Assembly (NCBI GenBank): GCA_963783885.1 | Contig: CAWAPJ010000043.1 | Span: 1-64,000, forward strand | Source of the DNA: Waddliaceae bacterium | Lineage (GTDB): Bacteria; Chlamydiota; Chlamydiia; Chlamydiales; SLFE01 | Reading direction: 5' to 3' | DNA: 64,000 nt | Shown: positions 1 through 9,552 of the stretch, piece by piece | Layout: each line of letters opens with the position of its first letter | How positions within the stretch are numbered: position 1 is the stretch's first letter | The notes under the pieces: model-generated | Seen by the model: the letters and a program-made list of their open reading frames with translations, nothing else | The model's database searches: none | Told to the model about the DNA's origin: nothing | Made by a program: the position numbers and the translations under genes

Positions 1-2595
1 GAGATAATGCAAGAGCCCCGGGGATTGGCCGGGAGGGGCGGTATGGGTGAAGGAAACGGGGAGTAGAAGAACCTTGCATCCTTTTTTGGCTAAAAGTTTT
101 GCGAGTTGTCGCGAATAGTCGGGGCCGCTGCCGAGGACAAGAAGAGCGGACTTTCCGGAGTCTTTATAGGGCAGCCGCGTTTCCATAAAAGATGCCAGGC
201 GCCTGAGCGTTTCAAGGTTGGGGTCGGTTATGGGATCGCTTCCTGAGGCGCCGGCTGCGGTGGAAAGATCTCCGGCGACATACTGGTTCAATTGCTTCAG
301 ATTGCAAGGCGTCGCTTCGACTCCCCGGAAAAGTTGTTTGACGACAAAGAAGGAGAGGGAAAAGAGGCATCCCATAAACGCACCCATAAGGGCAAAAAGT
401 ATCATGCGCGGGCTTTTCGGCAGAGCCGGAGTATGGGCGCTGTCAAGGGGAGTGGATTCTACAAGGTCGAGGTTGTGGCTGATGTTTTTGTTTTCAACCA
501 GCCGGGTGAGTTCTTCGACGATGGCTTTGTTGAGATCGACATTCTGCTTGATGATTTGTTCGGAAAGCCATTTATCGGGCAGCGCGGCCATATTTTGATT
601 CACCTGGTTCATGGAATGGATGATTAGTTCTTTTTGCTTTGTGAGCGATTGAATTTGAGAGTCGATGAAGTCGCTTATGTGTTTTTCCAGGACGGAAATC
701 TTTTCGTGGGTCAGCTCCAGCATCACTTCCTGGAGGGTTTTGACTTTTTCCTGCAAAAGAGCCTGCTGGAGAGTTTGGATTTTGATGGATTGTTCCAAAT
801 GGGCCTGCAAAAAACTTTTTTGGGAGTCCATCTCGTTGCGGGTTCTTTCCTGCTCTTTAGGGCTGTGGTATTTCCGGTCGCGAAGCTGGAGGGCAAGACC
901 GGCGGATTTCTGGATGATATTTTGGCTGATCGGGTCTTTCAGGGCGCCGCTCAAGCTGTTAATTTCAAAATCGGGATCCTCCATTTGCTTTAAGATAAAA
1001 TCGTGTTCTTTTTGGGTTGACTCAAGGCCGTGGACTTCTTGCATGTAGGTTAAATAAAGCTGTTTTGCGGAATCGAGATCGATGCCCCGGAATTCGGAAT
1101 GGCCGCGTGTTTGGTGGGCCAGTCTGTCCTGAATGAGGTTTTGATGCATTTCATAAAGGCGGTGGAGATTGTTCAAATAGGAAAGAAAGGTCTTTGTTTG
1201 TTTTTGAAGCTCGTCGGAGTTTTTTTCCCACACTTCGGAGCTGTTTTCCAGTTTTTCCTTCCACTCTCCGACGAGTAGAAAGGGTGTTTCCGTGATGGCG
1301 AAATCCGATGGGATAGGGCGGCCGCTTTCAACGCAGGCGATAATGTCTTCGATTTCTTCTTTCGTGCGGCTGACCTCGCCTAGGTTGGAGAGGTGTTCGG
1401 AGAGGTCCGAGGGGGCGGAGGTCTCGGGACTTTGCGAAAGGGCAAGCGAAAGGCTGTCTCTTTGCATCTTAAGCTCGGTGAGCTGCTTGAGGGAAGGATT
1501 GATGGGGGACAGTTCTTCATGGGTCAGTATCTGGCCAGCCCGGTCGGTTTCTTCGGGCAGGGTTTGCAGACGCTGGACGAGCATGTCGAGTTTGTTGATT
1601 TTTTCAAGGCAGCTCAAACGGTTTTTGAATAAAAATTCCATTTCCTTTTCAAAATTCACAAAACCCGAAGAAGAGAGATCGTCTGCGAGAATCTGAGCGT
1701 GTTTTTGCATAATTTTGGTTTGGCTGGCAAACATCTCTTCCTGCCGCTTTTTTAGATATGAGAGCTGGATTTCGGCAAAGCGGCTGCTTTCGGATTTCAG
1801 GTGGTTTTGATAGGCCGCCATGATCTCATCGAGAATCAGGCGCCCTTTTTCCGGACTCGGATGGTTGTATTCGAGGACGAGCAGGGTGGCGTCTTCATCG
1901 TCTTCGTCGATGGCGACGCTGTTTGCAAGATGATCGACGATTTTGACAAGAGGCAGCAGAGTCAGGGTAAATCGGCGGTTTTCATAATTTTTGGGACCTT
2001 TCGAGGCAATGATAAAGGAAAAGTGGTCGGTCCTGAAGGGATGATCCAATTTTCCTTCTCCGATGGTGCCGAAACGGTTTTTGACGAGATATGTGCCGGA
2101 AGTTGTGAAGTCTATCGTGAGTGGAAGGGTGGTTTGGCCGGGGTACTCGATTTCGGCGATTTCAAGGGAGCATTCGGGACAATAGACATCGACGGTTTCC
2201 TTTTTCAGAATGTGCGCCCATTGAACTTTGAGGTTGTCGAAGATTTTTTTCGGGAGGCTTGGGCTTTTCCCCGCCTCCTGGATATTTCCCTGGAGCCTCA
2301 GGTTTTTGACGACTTCGCTTAAGATGCTTCGAGATTTCATCGCGGAGATCGCCTGGCTGCTCTGGATATCTTTTTTCCCCCCCAAAAGAATTTGCGTGAC
2401 GGAGGAGTTGAACGACCCTTCCACTTTCCCAACTTCCCGAAAATGGGCTTTTGCCTGGTGCGCCACGGGGCGAGACATTGTGTAAAAGGAGGCGAGGGCA
2501 GCAAGTGCGAGTGCGGCGATGCCGATAGTTTTTCGATTCCGTTTGAAGATGTGGACGATATCGGAAAAATTCAGTAGGTAATCTTCGAGCTTCAT
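1..2595 (-). CDS. Wzc/GumC-like polysaccharide co-polymerase, 3'-partial (runs off the window start)
   Basis: Absent from the ORF track, presumably because it has no stop inside the window. ATG at 2595 overlaps the wza stop (ATGA). I read both ends in one frame: MKLEDYLLNFSDIVHIFKRNRKTIGIAALALAALASFY (N-terminal TM) and ...ETLRRLASFM...KKGCKVLLLP...PGLLHYL (Wzc C-terminal-like). The middle was not checked codon by codon. Confidence 0.75.
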   Translation of the reverse strand, partial: MKLEDYLLNFSDIVHIFKRNRKTIGIAALALAALASFYTMSRPVAHQAKAHFREVGKVEGSFNSSVTQILLGGKKDIQSSQAISAMKSRSILSEVVKNLRLQGNIQEAGKSPSLPKKIFDNLKVQWAHILKKETVDVYCPECSLEIAEIEYPGQTTLPLTIDFTTSGTYLVKNRFGTIGEGKLDHPFRTDHFSFIIASKGPKNYENRRFTLTLLPLVKIVDHLANSVAIDEDDEDATLLVLEYNHPSPEKGRLILDEIMAAYQNHLKSESSRFAEIQLSYLKKRQEEMFASQTKIMQKHAQILADDLSSSGFVNFEKEMEFLFKNRLSCLEKINKLDMLVQRLQTLPEETDRAGQILTHEELSPINPSLKQLTELKMQRDSLSLALSQSPETSAPSDLSEHLSNLGEVSRTKEEIEDIIACVESGRPIPSDFAITETPFLLVGEWKEKLENSSEVWEKNSDELQKQTKTFLSYLNNLHRLYEMHQNLIQDRLAHQTRGHSEFRGIDLDSAKQLYLTYMQEVHGLESTQKEHDFILKQMEDPDFEINSLSGALKDPISQNIIQKSAGLALQLRDRKYHSPKEQERTRNEMDSQKSFLQAHLEQSIKIQTLQQALLQEKVKTLQEVMLELTHEKISVLEKHISDFIDSQIQSLTKQKELIIHSMNQVNQNMAALPDKWLSEQIIKQNVDLNKAIVEELTRLVENKNISHNLDLVESTPLDSAHTPALPKSPRMILFALMGAFMGCLFSLSFFVVKQLFRGVEATPCNLKQLNQYVAGDLSTAAGASGSDPITDPNLETLRRLASFMETRLPYKDSGKSALLVLGSGPDYSRQLAKLLAKKGCKVLLLPVSFTHTAPPGQSPGLLHYL

Positions 2596-3632
2596 GGGAT
2601 GAACACCTGGTAGGCTTCATTACTGGTGGTGACCCCCTGCATGCTCGGGAGCAGCTGGCTGATAAAACGGTTCCATTTCGTGATGGGCTTCTCGGAAACG
2701 TAAACGGTATCTCCCGGTATTAATAGCAAACTATCATTTGGCAGGTGGATGATGTGCTTCCATGACAGGACGTAAATTTTGGGGTTGATGAGGCCGCCTC
2801 GAATGACCTGGATGCAGTTTTTATTTCCGGTAAAGGGGATGCCGCCTGCCAGAACGAGCGCTTCGCGAAGAGACATGTAGCCCGCGGGAAGATTGACGGC
2901 TGTCGGCCGTCCGACCTCTCCCATTATCATTGTTCTCGCTTCATTCGGGTCGGCGATAAAGACCTTGTCCCCCCCCTTCATTACAATGTTTTGGCTCATA
3001 TCGCCTTCGACGAGAAGACGGTACATATCAACGGGAAGAAGTTCGCCGTCTCTTTCGACATAGCTCATAAAAAAATTGGCAGTTGCCGGGACGCGGGCTT
3101 TCGAGAGAACTTCATAAAGGCGGATTTTTCCGTCAACGGGGATGTAGGGAGTGGCCACAAGGCCGGCAAGGTCGACTTTTCTCGCCAGTCGGTCTTTGTA
3201 GGTGATAAAGATTTCGATTTCGCTGATGTGGTCCCTGTAGGCGTTTTGGATTGCGAGCCTCGCTTCAGTCAGCGTCAACCCTTCGACCCAGACGGGAGGG
3301 ATATCGGGGATATCGACGCATCCGTCGGTGACTTTAAACCCGATGGTGTCGTTGATGAAGCTGAAGGATGTCATCAAATCCTGCCTTAAGGGGTGGTAGA
3401 CGGCGATGTTCAAAATATCGTCTTCGGAAATGACATCTTCGTATTCAAACATGGCATCGCAGGGGAGGCATCCGAGGCAGTGCCCCTGCATTTCGAGGAT
3501 GGTCAGCTTTCCTTGCCTGATATTGTAAGAGTCGATGACGAACTCATCGGCCCCTTCGACACAGTAGTCGAATGTTTGGGGGCAGCAACCCGCCAGGCAG
3601 CATAAACAAATGAGTATGATAAACCGTTCCAT
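2592..3632 (-). CDS. wza: Polysaccharide export lipoprotein (Wza/Poly_export + SLBB)
   Basis: Lipobox LAGC; DILNIAVY...VTDGCVDIPDI..VWVEGLTLTEA; IMGEVGRP; LLIPGDTVYV..KPITKWNRFISQLLPS. Confidence 0.85.
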   Translation of the reverse strand: MERFIILICLCCLAGCCPQTFDYCVEGADEFVIDSYNIRQGKLTILEMQGHCLGCLPCDAMFEYEDVISEDDILNIAVYHPLRQDLMTSFSFINDTIGFKVTDGCVDIPDIPPVWVEGLTLTEARLAIQNAYRDHISEIEIFITYKDRLARKVDLAGLVATPYIPVDGKIRLYEVLSKARVPATANFFMSYVERDGELLPVDMYRLLVEGDMSQNIVMKGGDKVFIADPNEARTMIMGEVGRPTAVNLPAGYMSLREALVLAGGIPFTGNKNCIQVIRGGLINPKIYVLSWKHIIHLPNDSLLLIPGDTVYVSEKPITKWNRFISQLLPSMQGVTTSNEAYQVFIP

Positions 3633-3638
3633 CGGCTA

Positions 3639-4502
3639 TCAATTAAAACATGACTTAAGGTTTTCTTGCCATTTTTTTAAGTGTTCAAATGATGACTGCT
3701 CAAGTGATTTAAGAGAAAAGTACTGGATCGTTTGAATATTTTTTAGCTGTTCGTTTGACTTTTTTAATTTTCTAAATTCTTTCAGATGAAAAATTGCGTT
3801 CTTGCGAGGTTGTTTATAAATAACCAAGGCTATTTTCAAGCCTCCGTTTTCTTTGAACAATTTAAAAAATGTTTTGCCTGTAAGAGGTTCTTTTCGAAAT
3901 AAGGGAAGTTGAATTGTTTTAGGAGGAGAAGTGTTTATTGTCAGAGTTTTTTTTATCTGTAAAACATCCGTAGATTTTGATGATTTTCTTAAATTCCACA
4001 AAGCTCCTTTTTCATTATATAGAGAGTTATCAGAGAGCGAAAAATGTGCTAAATCTACTGTTTTAGGTGCTTTATTCTTATAATTTATGGTCAAAAATTT
4101 ATTTTTTATCTTTATGGATGTTCTTTTTTCAGTATATGGAGTAGAGATTTTATCTCTTTTTTCCTTTGTGAAATATTCGCCGCTTACCGAGAAGCGCCGA
4201 TATCTTGGGGTTGTCTGCCTTTGCTTTCTGGAAGAGGTTTCGTCGCCGCTTGAGGGCTCTTCGCTGGTTTTGGCAGTATCTAGATAGGATTTGGCTTCGT
4301 ATCGAGTCAAACATTCTAAATTGAGCTGGGGAATTTCTACCTCTGTTTTACGTGTTGTATCGATTCTCCCGCTTTGGGTAAAAGGGCAATCGGGATCAAA
4401 GCTTTCCTCGTCGGAAGATAAGCTGCTCGTAGTGTCTTCGTCGCTTGTTTGCCAATCTTCACGTGGCAGGAGCAAAGTCTTTTCAGTTCTGATGAATGAC
4501 AT
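3639..4502 (-). CDS. Hypothetical protein, Ser/Asp/Glu-rich N-terminus and Lys-rich C-terminus
   Basis: 287-aa ORF with an AGGAG RBS; AT-rich 3' part; no family recognised. Confidence 0.6.
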   Translation of the reverse strand: MSFIRTEKTLLLPREDWQTSDEDTTSSLSSDEESFDPDCPFTQSGRIDTTRKTEVEIPQLNLECLTRYEAKSYLDTAKTSEEPSSGDETSSRKQRQTTPRYRRFSVSGEYFTKEKRDKISTPYTEKRTSIKIKNKFLTINYKNKAPKTVDLAHFSLSDNSLYNEKGALWNLRKSSKSTDVLQIKKTLTINTSPPKTIQLPLFRKEPLTGKTFFKLFKENGGLKIALVIYKQPRKNAIFHLKEFRKLKKSNEQLKNIQTIQYFSLKSLEQSSFEHLKKWQENLKSCFN

Positions 4503-4517
4503 CGCAACTCCTTTGGT

Positions 4518-4889
4518 TTAAAAGTTTACGACTTTAATGTAATCCCGGATTTTATCAAATAAAAAAATAAACTTACATTTTACCAGTGGATTTTTTGACG
4601 AGATAAATTCCCGGCAGCTTGTTTGAGAATTTCCAATATAGACAAATTCCTGTTTATCTGCAGTAATGTGCAGCCACCACATTTTTCTGATTTTTTCCCG
4701 GTGAGAGGGTAAGTTTGTTTTTTCTAAGGTGGCTGATCCGATTGAATGGCGTCTGCAAGTTTCAATGGATTGAGATGATTCGAAAATACTTGTACAAGTT
4801 GTTGTGTCGGATCCGCTTAGATCTATGCAGGAATCATAGGAAAGTTCCAATGTTTTTCCACTTTTAAAAAAATAAGCATAAAAAAGCAT
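4518..4889 (-). CDS. Hypothetical protein
   Basis: 123-aa AT-rich ORF with GAGG upstream, co-directional with neighbours. Confidence 0.4.
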   Translation of the reverse strand: MLFYAYFFKSGKTLELSYDSCIDLSGSDTTTCTSIFESSQSIETCRRHSIGSATLEKTNLPSHREKIRKMWWLHITADKQEFVYIGNSQTSCREFISSKNPLVKCKFIFLFDKIRDYIKVVNF

Positions 4890-4924
4890 GCAAACCTCTT
4901 AAAATTTACGAAAAATTTTAGAGA

Positions 4925-5833
4925 TTAGCGATTTATTTTCCAATAAAAATCTTGTCCGCTGCAGGCCCTTTTAAACCAAAGAGGGGCGTTTTGGCTTGCC
5001 TTTCCAATGCGGTAGCCCAAATATTTGACCCCCGTCCAAACCAGGGCGTAGGGAATAAGCAGAGGGCTTTCGGCCTTCAGTTTTTTTAGCATTTCAAACA
5101 CAAATCTGCGGGCCCGTTTCTCATCCGAAGGGTAATCTTTCAACAATTCTTGATTCTTCTTCCGAGCAAGGCCGGTATCGAAATGCCTTTGGAATTCCTG
5201 GCGGAGCGTATAACGATGGGAATGCTTGACGACAGCTTGTGCCGCATAGGCGATTTTATACCCCTTTTTCAGAAGTTTTGCCGCTGCAAAAGTATCTTCG
5301 CCGATGAGCGAGTGGGAAAATCCTCCCGCCTCATCCAAGGTTCGGGAGCTGTAGGCGGCGCAGGAGTCAGAACAGAAGATGGTGTAGACGCCGTAAAGGG
5401 CTCGATCGTCAAAGGAGCGGATGTGGCTTTGGGAGGGGTAGTTGAACGCGCGGGGAAACGATTCAAAAAAACCGGCGCCGTCGTGGGGAATCTGCCTGGC
5501 ATAGGAAATAGCGGCCTCCCCTTCGGTGATCGGCTTGATCAAGTGTCCCAATGTCTCTTTATCGCAAGCATAGGCATCGGGGGTCATCATCACGACGATG
5601 TCTGTGCCGAGGTGTTTCCTTGCCTTTTCCCGGCTGAGTCCGTGATTGAATTCGTTTCGGGGGATGACAAGAGTTTCCGCTCCCATTTCTTTTGCCAGTT
5701 CTACTGTACCGTCACGCGATGAGGAGTTCATCACAAGGACCCTGGGTTTTATCGGAGAGTCGAGTATTGGGGAAAGAGAGTGGGGGAGGTGGTGTTTGGC
5801 ATTATGAGTGACAAAGACGACGCCTACAGTCAT
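4925..5833 (-). CDS. Glycosyltransferase family 2 (rhamnosyltransferase-like)
   Basis: SSSRDGT, FNHGLSR, MMTPDA, YARQIP, GED, VKHSHRY motifs. Confidence 0.85.
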   Translation of the reverse strand: MTVGVVFVTHNAKHHLPHSLSPILDSPIKPRVLVMNSSSRDGTVELAKEMGAETLVIPRNEFNHGLSREKARKHLGTDIVVMMTPDAYACDKETLGHLIKPITEGEAAISYARQIPHDGAGFFESFPRAFNYPSQSHIRSFDDRALYGVYTIFCSDSCAAYSSRTLDEAGGFSHSLIGEDTFAAAKLLKKGYKIAYAAQAVVKHSHRYTLRQEFQRHFDTGLARKKNQELLKDYPSDEKRARRFVFEMLKKLKAESPLLIPYALVWTGVKYLGYRIGKASQNAPLWFKRACSGQDFYWKINR

Positions 5834-6733
5834 AAAATCCTCTCGTTATAATAGCGCGCTAGTTCTTCCCAAAACTTTTCTTCCTGCCAGCCCAAGAGCT
5901 TTGAATCCAATTTGTCGGTATTAAATCTTTCTTTGGGTTCGGGAAATTCGGTTTGATTGTGCAGCTTAAATTCACAAGGAAGGTTGAGGCGGCTTCTCAT
6001 TTGGCTTGCGAATCGCTTGGTAAAGTCTTTTTGGGTGGAGACGTAGCCTGAAGGGTTCAATTTGCGGGCATTGTTTTCGACAAAGACGGCATAAGCTTTG
6101 GCTAGAAGCGAAACGGGAATGTTGTCTCTGACATAAAAAGGTGTTTTGATGACCGGGCAGAGTTTTTTTGCCCAATTTTTGACAAGCCAGGTTGTGAATC
6201 TCTCCTCTTCGTAGGGACCAAAGGGATTGGGGATGACAAATTTTTGAAGCGTCAGGTTGAAGAGGAGGGACATGAAGTTGAAATAGTCGCCTGTGAAGGT
6301 TTTGGACAGTCCATAGGGAGAAAATGCTTCGAGAGGCTTTGTTCCGGTCCCTTCGCCTTTTTCAAAAACAGAACCGGTGATCACGATTTTTTTTCCGCCG
6401 TTTTTTTTAAAGATTTCCAAAACACGAGTCAAATTGCGGGTGTTGTTTAAAAATGCTTTTGCCACATCGAAGGTTAAGCTTTTGTAGCCCTCTGACCATA
6501 GCCGCGTGATGGCAGAGGACATCGAAAGAATTTTTATCGAGAAGATCGAGAAAATCACTCGAGCCGAATCGGCAGAAGGCTCGGCGGCAGCCGCCCAGTT
6601 TGCCCGTCCGCAGTTTTCGAATGCCGGTATAGTCCGATCTAAGAGTTGCTGTCACCTCGTGGCCCCGGGATATCAATTCATGAACAAACCAAAAACCTGT
6701 AAATGAACTAGCGCCTGTAAAAAGGATTTTCAT
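5830..6733 (-). pseudogene. NAD-dependent epimerase/dehydratase split by a single-base frameshift (pseudogene or sequencing error)
   Basis: ATG 6733 gives MKILFTGASSFTG (Rossmann) ...DVLCHHAAMVRG. A second frame continues YKSLTFDV...TGSVFE...YGLSK (YxxxK)...PNPFGP. Removing one base near 6488-6493 joins the two. Confidence 0.75.
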
Positions 6734-7260
6734 ATCTCTAAATTGGGATGCGATGCGTCCTTTTCGGAAATCACAACCGGCTCGCCTGGCCACTTAATGG
6801 AAATTGTCGGGTCGTTCCAGCGGATTCCTTTCTCATATTCGGGAGAATAAAACTGCGAGACAAAATAAATGATTTCCGTATCAGACTCAAGAGAGTAAAA
6901 ACCGTGGGCAAATCCCTTGGGAACATACATCATCAGTCCATTTTGTTCATTGAGGTGAGCGCTGAAATATTTGCCGAAAGTTGGAGAATTGGGCCTGATG
7001 TCGACAATAACATCGAAAAGAGAACCCCGCACGCATTTGACAATTTTGACTTCGTCGTGAGGGGGAAGCTGATAGTGAAGGCCGCGCAGGGTCCCTCTCT
7101 CGGCGCTGAACGAGTGGTTGATTTGAACGAATTCATGCTCGAGCTCGTTCTCTTTAAAAACCTCTTGGCAAAAGAGGCGGGAAAAAAAACCGCGGTCGTC
7201 TCTTTTTTTCCAGGGCTCAATGACAAAGCTCCCTTCCAAGGGTGTTTCAATTAACTTCAT
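6730..7260 (-). CDS. rfbC: dTDP-4-dehydrorhamnose 3,5-epimerase family
   Basis: DDRGFF, RGTLRGLHYQ, VDIRPNSPTFG, PKGFAHGF, GIRWNDP, ISEKD; start 7260 or 7266. Confidence 0.92.
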   Translation of the reverse strand: MKLIETPLEGSFVIEPWKKRDDRGFFSRLFCQEVFKENELEHEFVQINHSFSAERGTLRGLHYQLPPHDEVKIVKCVRGSLFDVIVDIRPNSPTFGKYFSAHLNEQNGLMMYVPKGFAHGFYSLESDTEIIYFVSQFYSPEYEKGIRWNDPTISIKWPGEPVVISEKDASHPNLEI

Positions 7261-8068
7261 ATGCATATTCCCATGGCGCCTCTTTCGAGTGCCAAAGCTT
7301 TTCCAGATGGTTCCGGTCCCGTTGGGTATCCATGCAAGCCCAGAAGCCGCTGTGCCGGAAAAGATTCAGCTGCCCGTCTTCCGCGAGCCTTGCTAAAGGC
7401 TGCTTTTCGAGGACGCATTCGGTGTTTTTTGATAAGTAGCGGAGCATATCCCGTTTAAAAAAGAAATATCCTCCATTGATCCATTTTTCTTTAAATTCGG
7501 GTTTTTCGGAAAATTTTGTGACAACATTTCCTTCAAGACAGATCTCTCCGAACCGCGAGGGGGGATTGACACCCAGAACCGTTCCGATTTTCTCGTGTTT
7601 TAGGTGAAAATGGTATTCTTCCAATAGATCGGCATCGGTCAGGCCGTCGCCATAGGTAACTGCGAAGTTTTCGGCGTTTCCCAAATAATTTTCCGCGGCC
7701 AGAGCCACGCGCGCCCCTGTCATTGTGCTTTCTCCGGTATAGGCGAGGGTAACATGCCAGTCTTCTTCGTGGTGGACCGAGTGGAGAGTGGTCTCGCGGG
7801 TGGCCAGGTCGATGCTGAAATCGCTTCCTAAAATCGAATAATTTAAAAAATAATGTTTAATGACTTCCGCTTTGAACCCTAAGCACAGGATAAATCGTCG
7901 GAAACCGAATTTGCGGTAAGTGCGCATGATGTGCCAGAGGATCGGCCGGCCGCCTATGGGGACCATGGGTTTGGGCCGAAATTCCGTTTCTTCTTTAATT
8001 CTGGTTCCAAGTCCTCCGCAGAGGATGAAGACCGGTGTCTCTTTAGTTTTCATCATTTGGAAAAACAT
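7247..8068 (-). CDS. rfbF: Glucose-1-phosphate cytidylyltransferase
   Basis: ILCGGLGTRIKEET..RPKPMVPIG, TYGDG, WINGGYF, GFWACMDTQRD, APW; exact start uncertain. Confidence 0.92.
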   Translation of the reverse strand: MFFQMMKTKETPVFILCGGLGTRIKEETEFRPKPMVPIGGRPILWHIMRTYRKFGFRRFILCLGFKAEVIKHYFLNYSILGSDFSIDLATRETTLHSVHHEEDWHVTLAYTGESTMTGARVALAAENYLGNAENFAVTYGDGLTDADLLEEYHFHLKHEKIGTVLGVNPPSRFGEICLEGNVVTKFSEKPEFKEKWINGGYFFFKRDMLRYLSKNTECVLEKQPLARLAEDGQLNLFRHSGFWACMDTQRDRNHLEKLWHSKEAPWEYAYEVN

Positions 8069-8131
8069 TTTAGTGGCATCTAGTCTAAATCACAATCCTA
8101 AAATTACAAGATATGATAAAATTTCTAGATA

Positions 8132-9349
8132 ATGCAACTGAGTTCTGGAGAACAAACAAGGGAGCGGACAGGCACTGCTTTGGGCGGGGCGCTGCTTATT
8201 GCGGGAACATGCATGGGGGCGGGCATGCTGGCCATCCCCATCGCTACCGGTATGAGCGGTTTTTTTCCCGCTATCTTTGTCAATATCATATGTTGGTTGT
8301 TCATGCTGGCAACGGGTCTCCTTTTTCTGGAGGCCACGTTGTGGATGCCCGACGGTGCAAATGTGATTTCTATGTCGGGCCGCTTCCTTGGCCCGGTCGG
8401 AAAGTGGCTCGGAGGGTTCTTCTTTTTATTTCTCTACTACAATCTGATGGTCTCCTACATTGCCGGGGGAGCCCCGCTGGTAATCGAGGCTGTCAGGCAG
8501 CTGACGGGGTTTCAGATGGACGTCGCTTGGGGATTTTTCATTTTCCCTTTAGTTTTAGCTTCTGTCCTTCTGGCCGGTGCGTGGTTTGTCGACAAGGTCA
8601 ATTGGGTTTTAATGTTCTCTTTAATCCTTTCCTATATACTGCTGATCGGCACCGGTGCAGGCGATGTAAATCCTTCCCTTTTACTCAAAAAAAATTGGAA
8701 GCTGAGCCTGTTTGCGATGCCGATTCTTTTTAGCGCTTATGGTTATCACAATATTATCCCCTCCATTTCCACCTATCTCGGACGGAATCGGAATCACTTG
8801 CGTCTTGCGGTTATTTTGGGAACGACATTGCCTTTTGTCGTCTATTTCATTTGGCAATGGCTGATCATGGGATCGGTCCCTCCAAAATATTTGGAACATG
8901 CCGCCTCCCAGGGAATACCGGCAAACTATATTTTGGCTCAGGTTACCGGAAAGTCTTGGATCGGGAGTATTGCGCTCTTTTTCGGCTTTTTTGCAATAGT
9001 CACTTCTCTTTTGGGGGTTTCTCTTTCCATGATTGACTTCATGGGGGATGGTTTCGGAATGGGGCGAAAGGGTTTTCAGCGGTTGGCGCTGACGATACTG
9101 GTGTTTGGTCCTCCTGCGGCATTTGCCTACAACAATCCGGAGATTTTTATTGAAGCTTTGGGTATTGCCGGGGGGTATGGTGAGGCCTTTCTCAACGGCC
9201 TGCTGCCCATTGCTTTGGTTTGGGTGGGAAGGTATCATATGAAGCTTGAGGGAAGGCCGCTTCTCTTTGGCGGGCGGGGACTTTTGGCGCTGCTTTTTGC
9301 CTTTACGATCTTCATCATGATTCTGGAAACAATACACCTCATGTTTTGA
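8132..9349 (+). CDS. tyrP: Aromatic amino acid permease (TyrP/Mtr/TnaB, HAAAP family)
   Basis: GGALLIAGTCMGAGMLAIP, YGYHNIIPS, AIVTSLLGV; many TM helices. Confidence 0.85.
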   Translation: MQLSSGEQTRERTGTALGGALLIAGTCMGAGMLAIPIATGMSGFFPAIFVNIICWLFMLATGLLFLEATLWMPDGANVISMSGRFLGPVGKWLGGFFFLFLYYNLMVSYIAGGAPLVIEAVRQLTGFQMDVAWGFFIFPLVLASVLLAGAWFVDKVNWVLMFSLILSYILLIGTGAGDVNPSLLLKKNWKLSLFAMPILFSAYGYHNIIPSISTYLGRNRNHLRLAVILGTTLPFVVYFIWQWLIMGSVPPKYLEHAASQGIPANYILAQVTGKSWIGSIALFFGFFAIVTSLLGVSLSMIDFMGDGFGMGRKGFQRLALTILVFGPPAAFAYNNPEIFIEALGIAGGYGEAFLNGLLPIALVWVGRYHMKLEGRPLLFGGRGLLALLFAFTIFIMILETIHLMF

Positions 9350-9484
9350 AATATGAAATCAGAGAGCAGAGAGCAGAAATGTAGAGAAACAACCGTTTTG
9401 CAAATTAACAGAGTTTTGTGTAACTGTCCTGTAATTGTCAAAAGTGCAACATCTCAACAATTCTGATCTCTGATTTCATATTTC
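9348..9484. repeat. MITE-like dispersed repeat, copy A (18-bp terminal inverted repeats)
   Basis: GAAATATGAAATCAGAGA (9348-9365) and TCTCTGATTTCATATTTC (9467-9484); core matches 23183-23296 in reverse complement. Confidence 0.8.
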
Positions 9485-9552
9485 TGCTTTCTCATGTTGA
9501 TCGATAATCTAAATCCAAGTACACTCCTGGTGTTTTTCGATGGAGGTATGTC

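Noticed and set aside
218..2620. Short + and - strand ORFs in the track over the first 2.6 kb
   Set aside because: Shadows of the untracked minus-strand Wzc-like gene.
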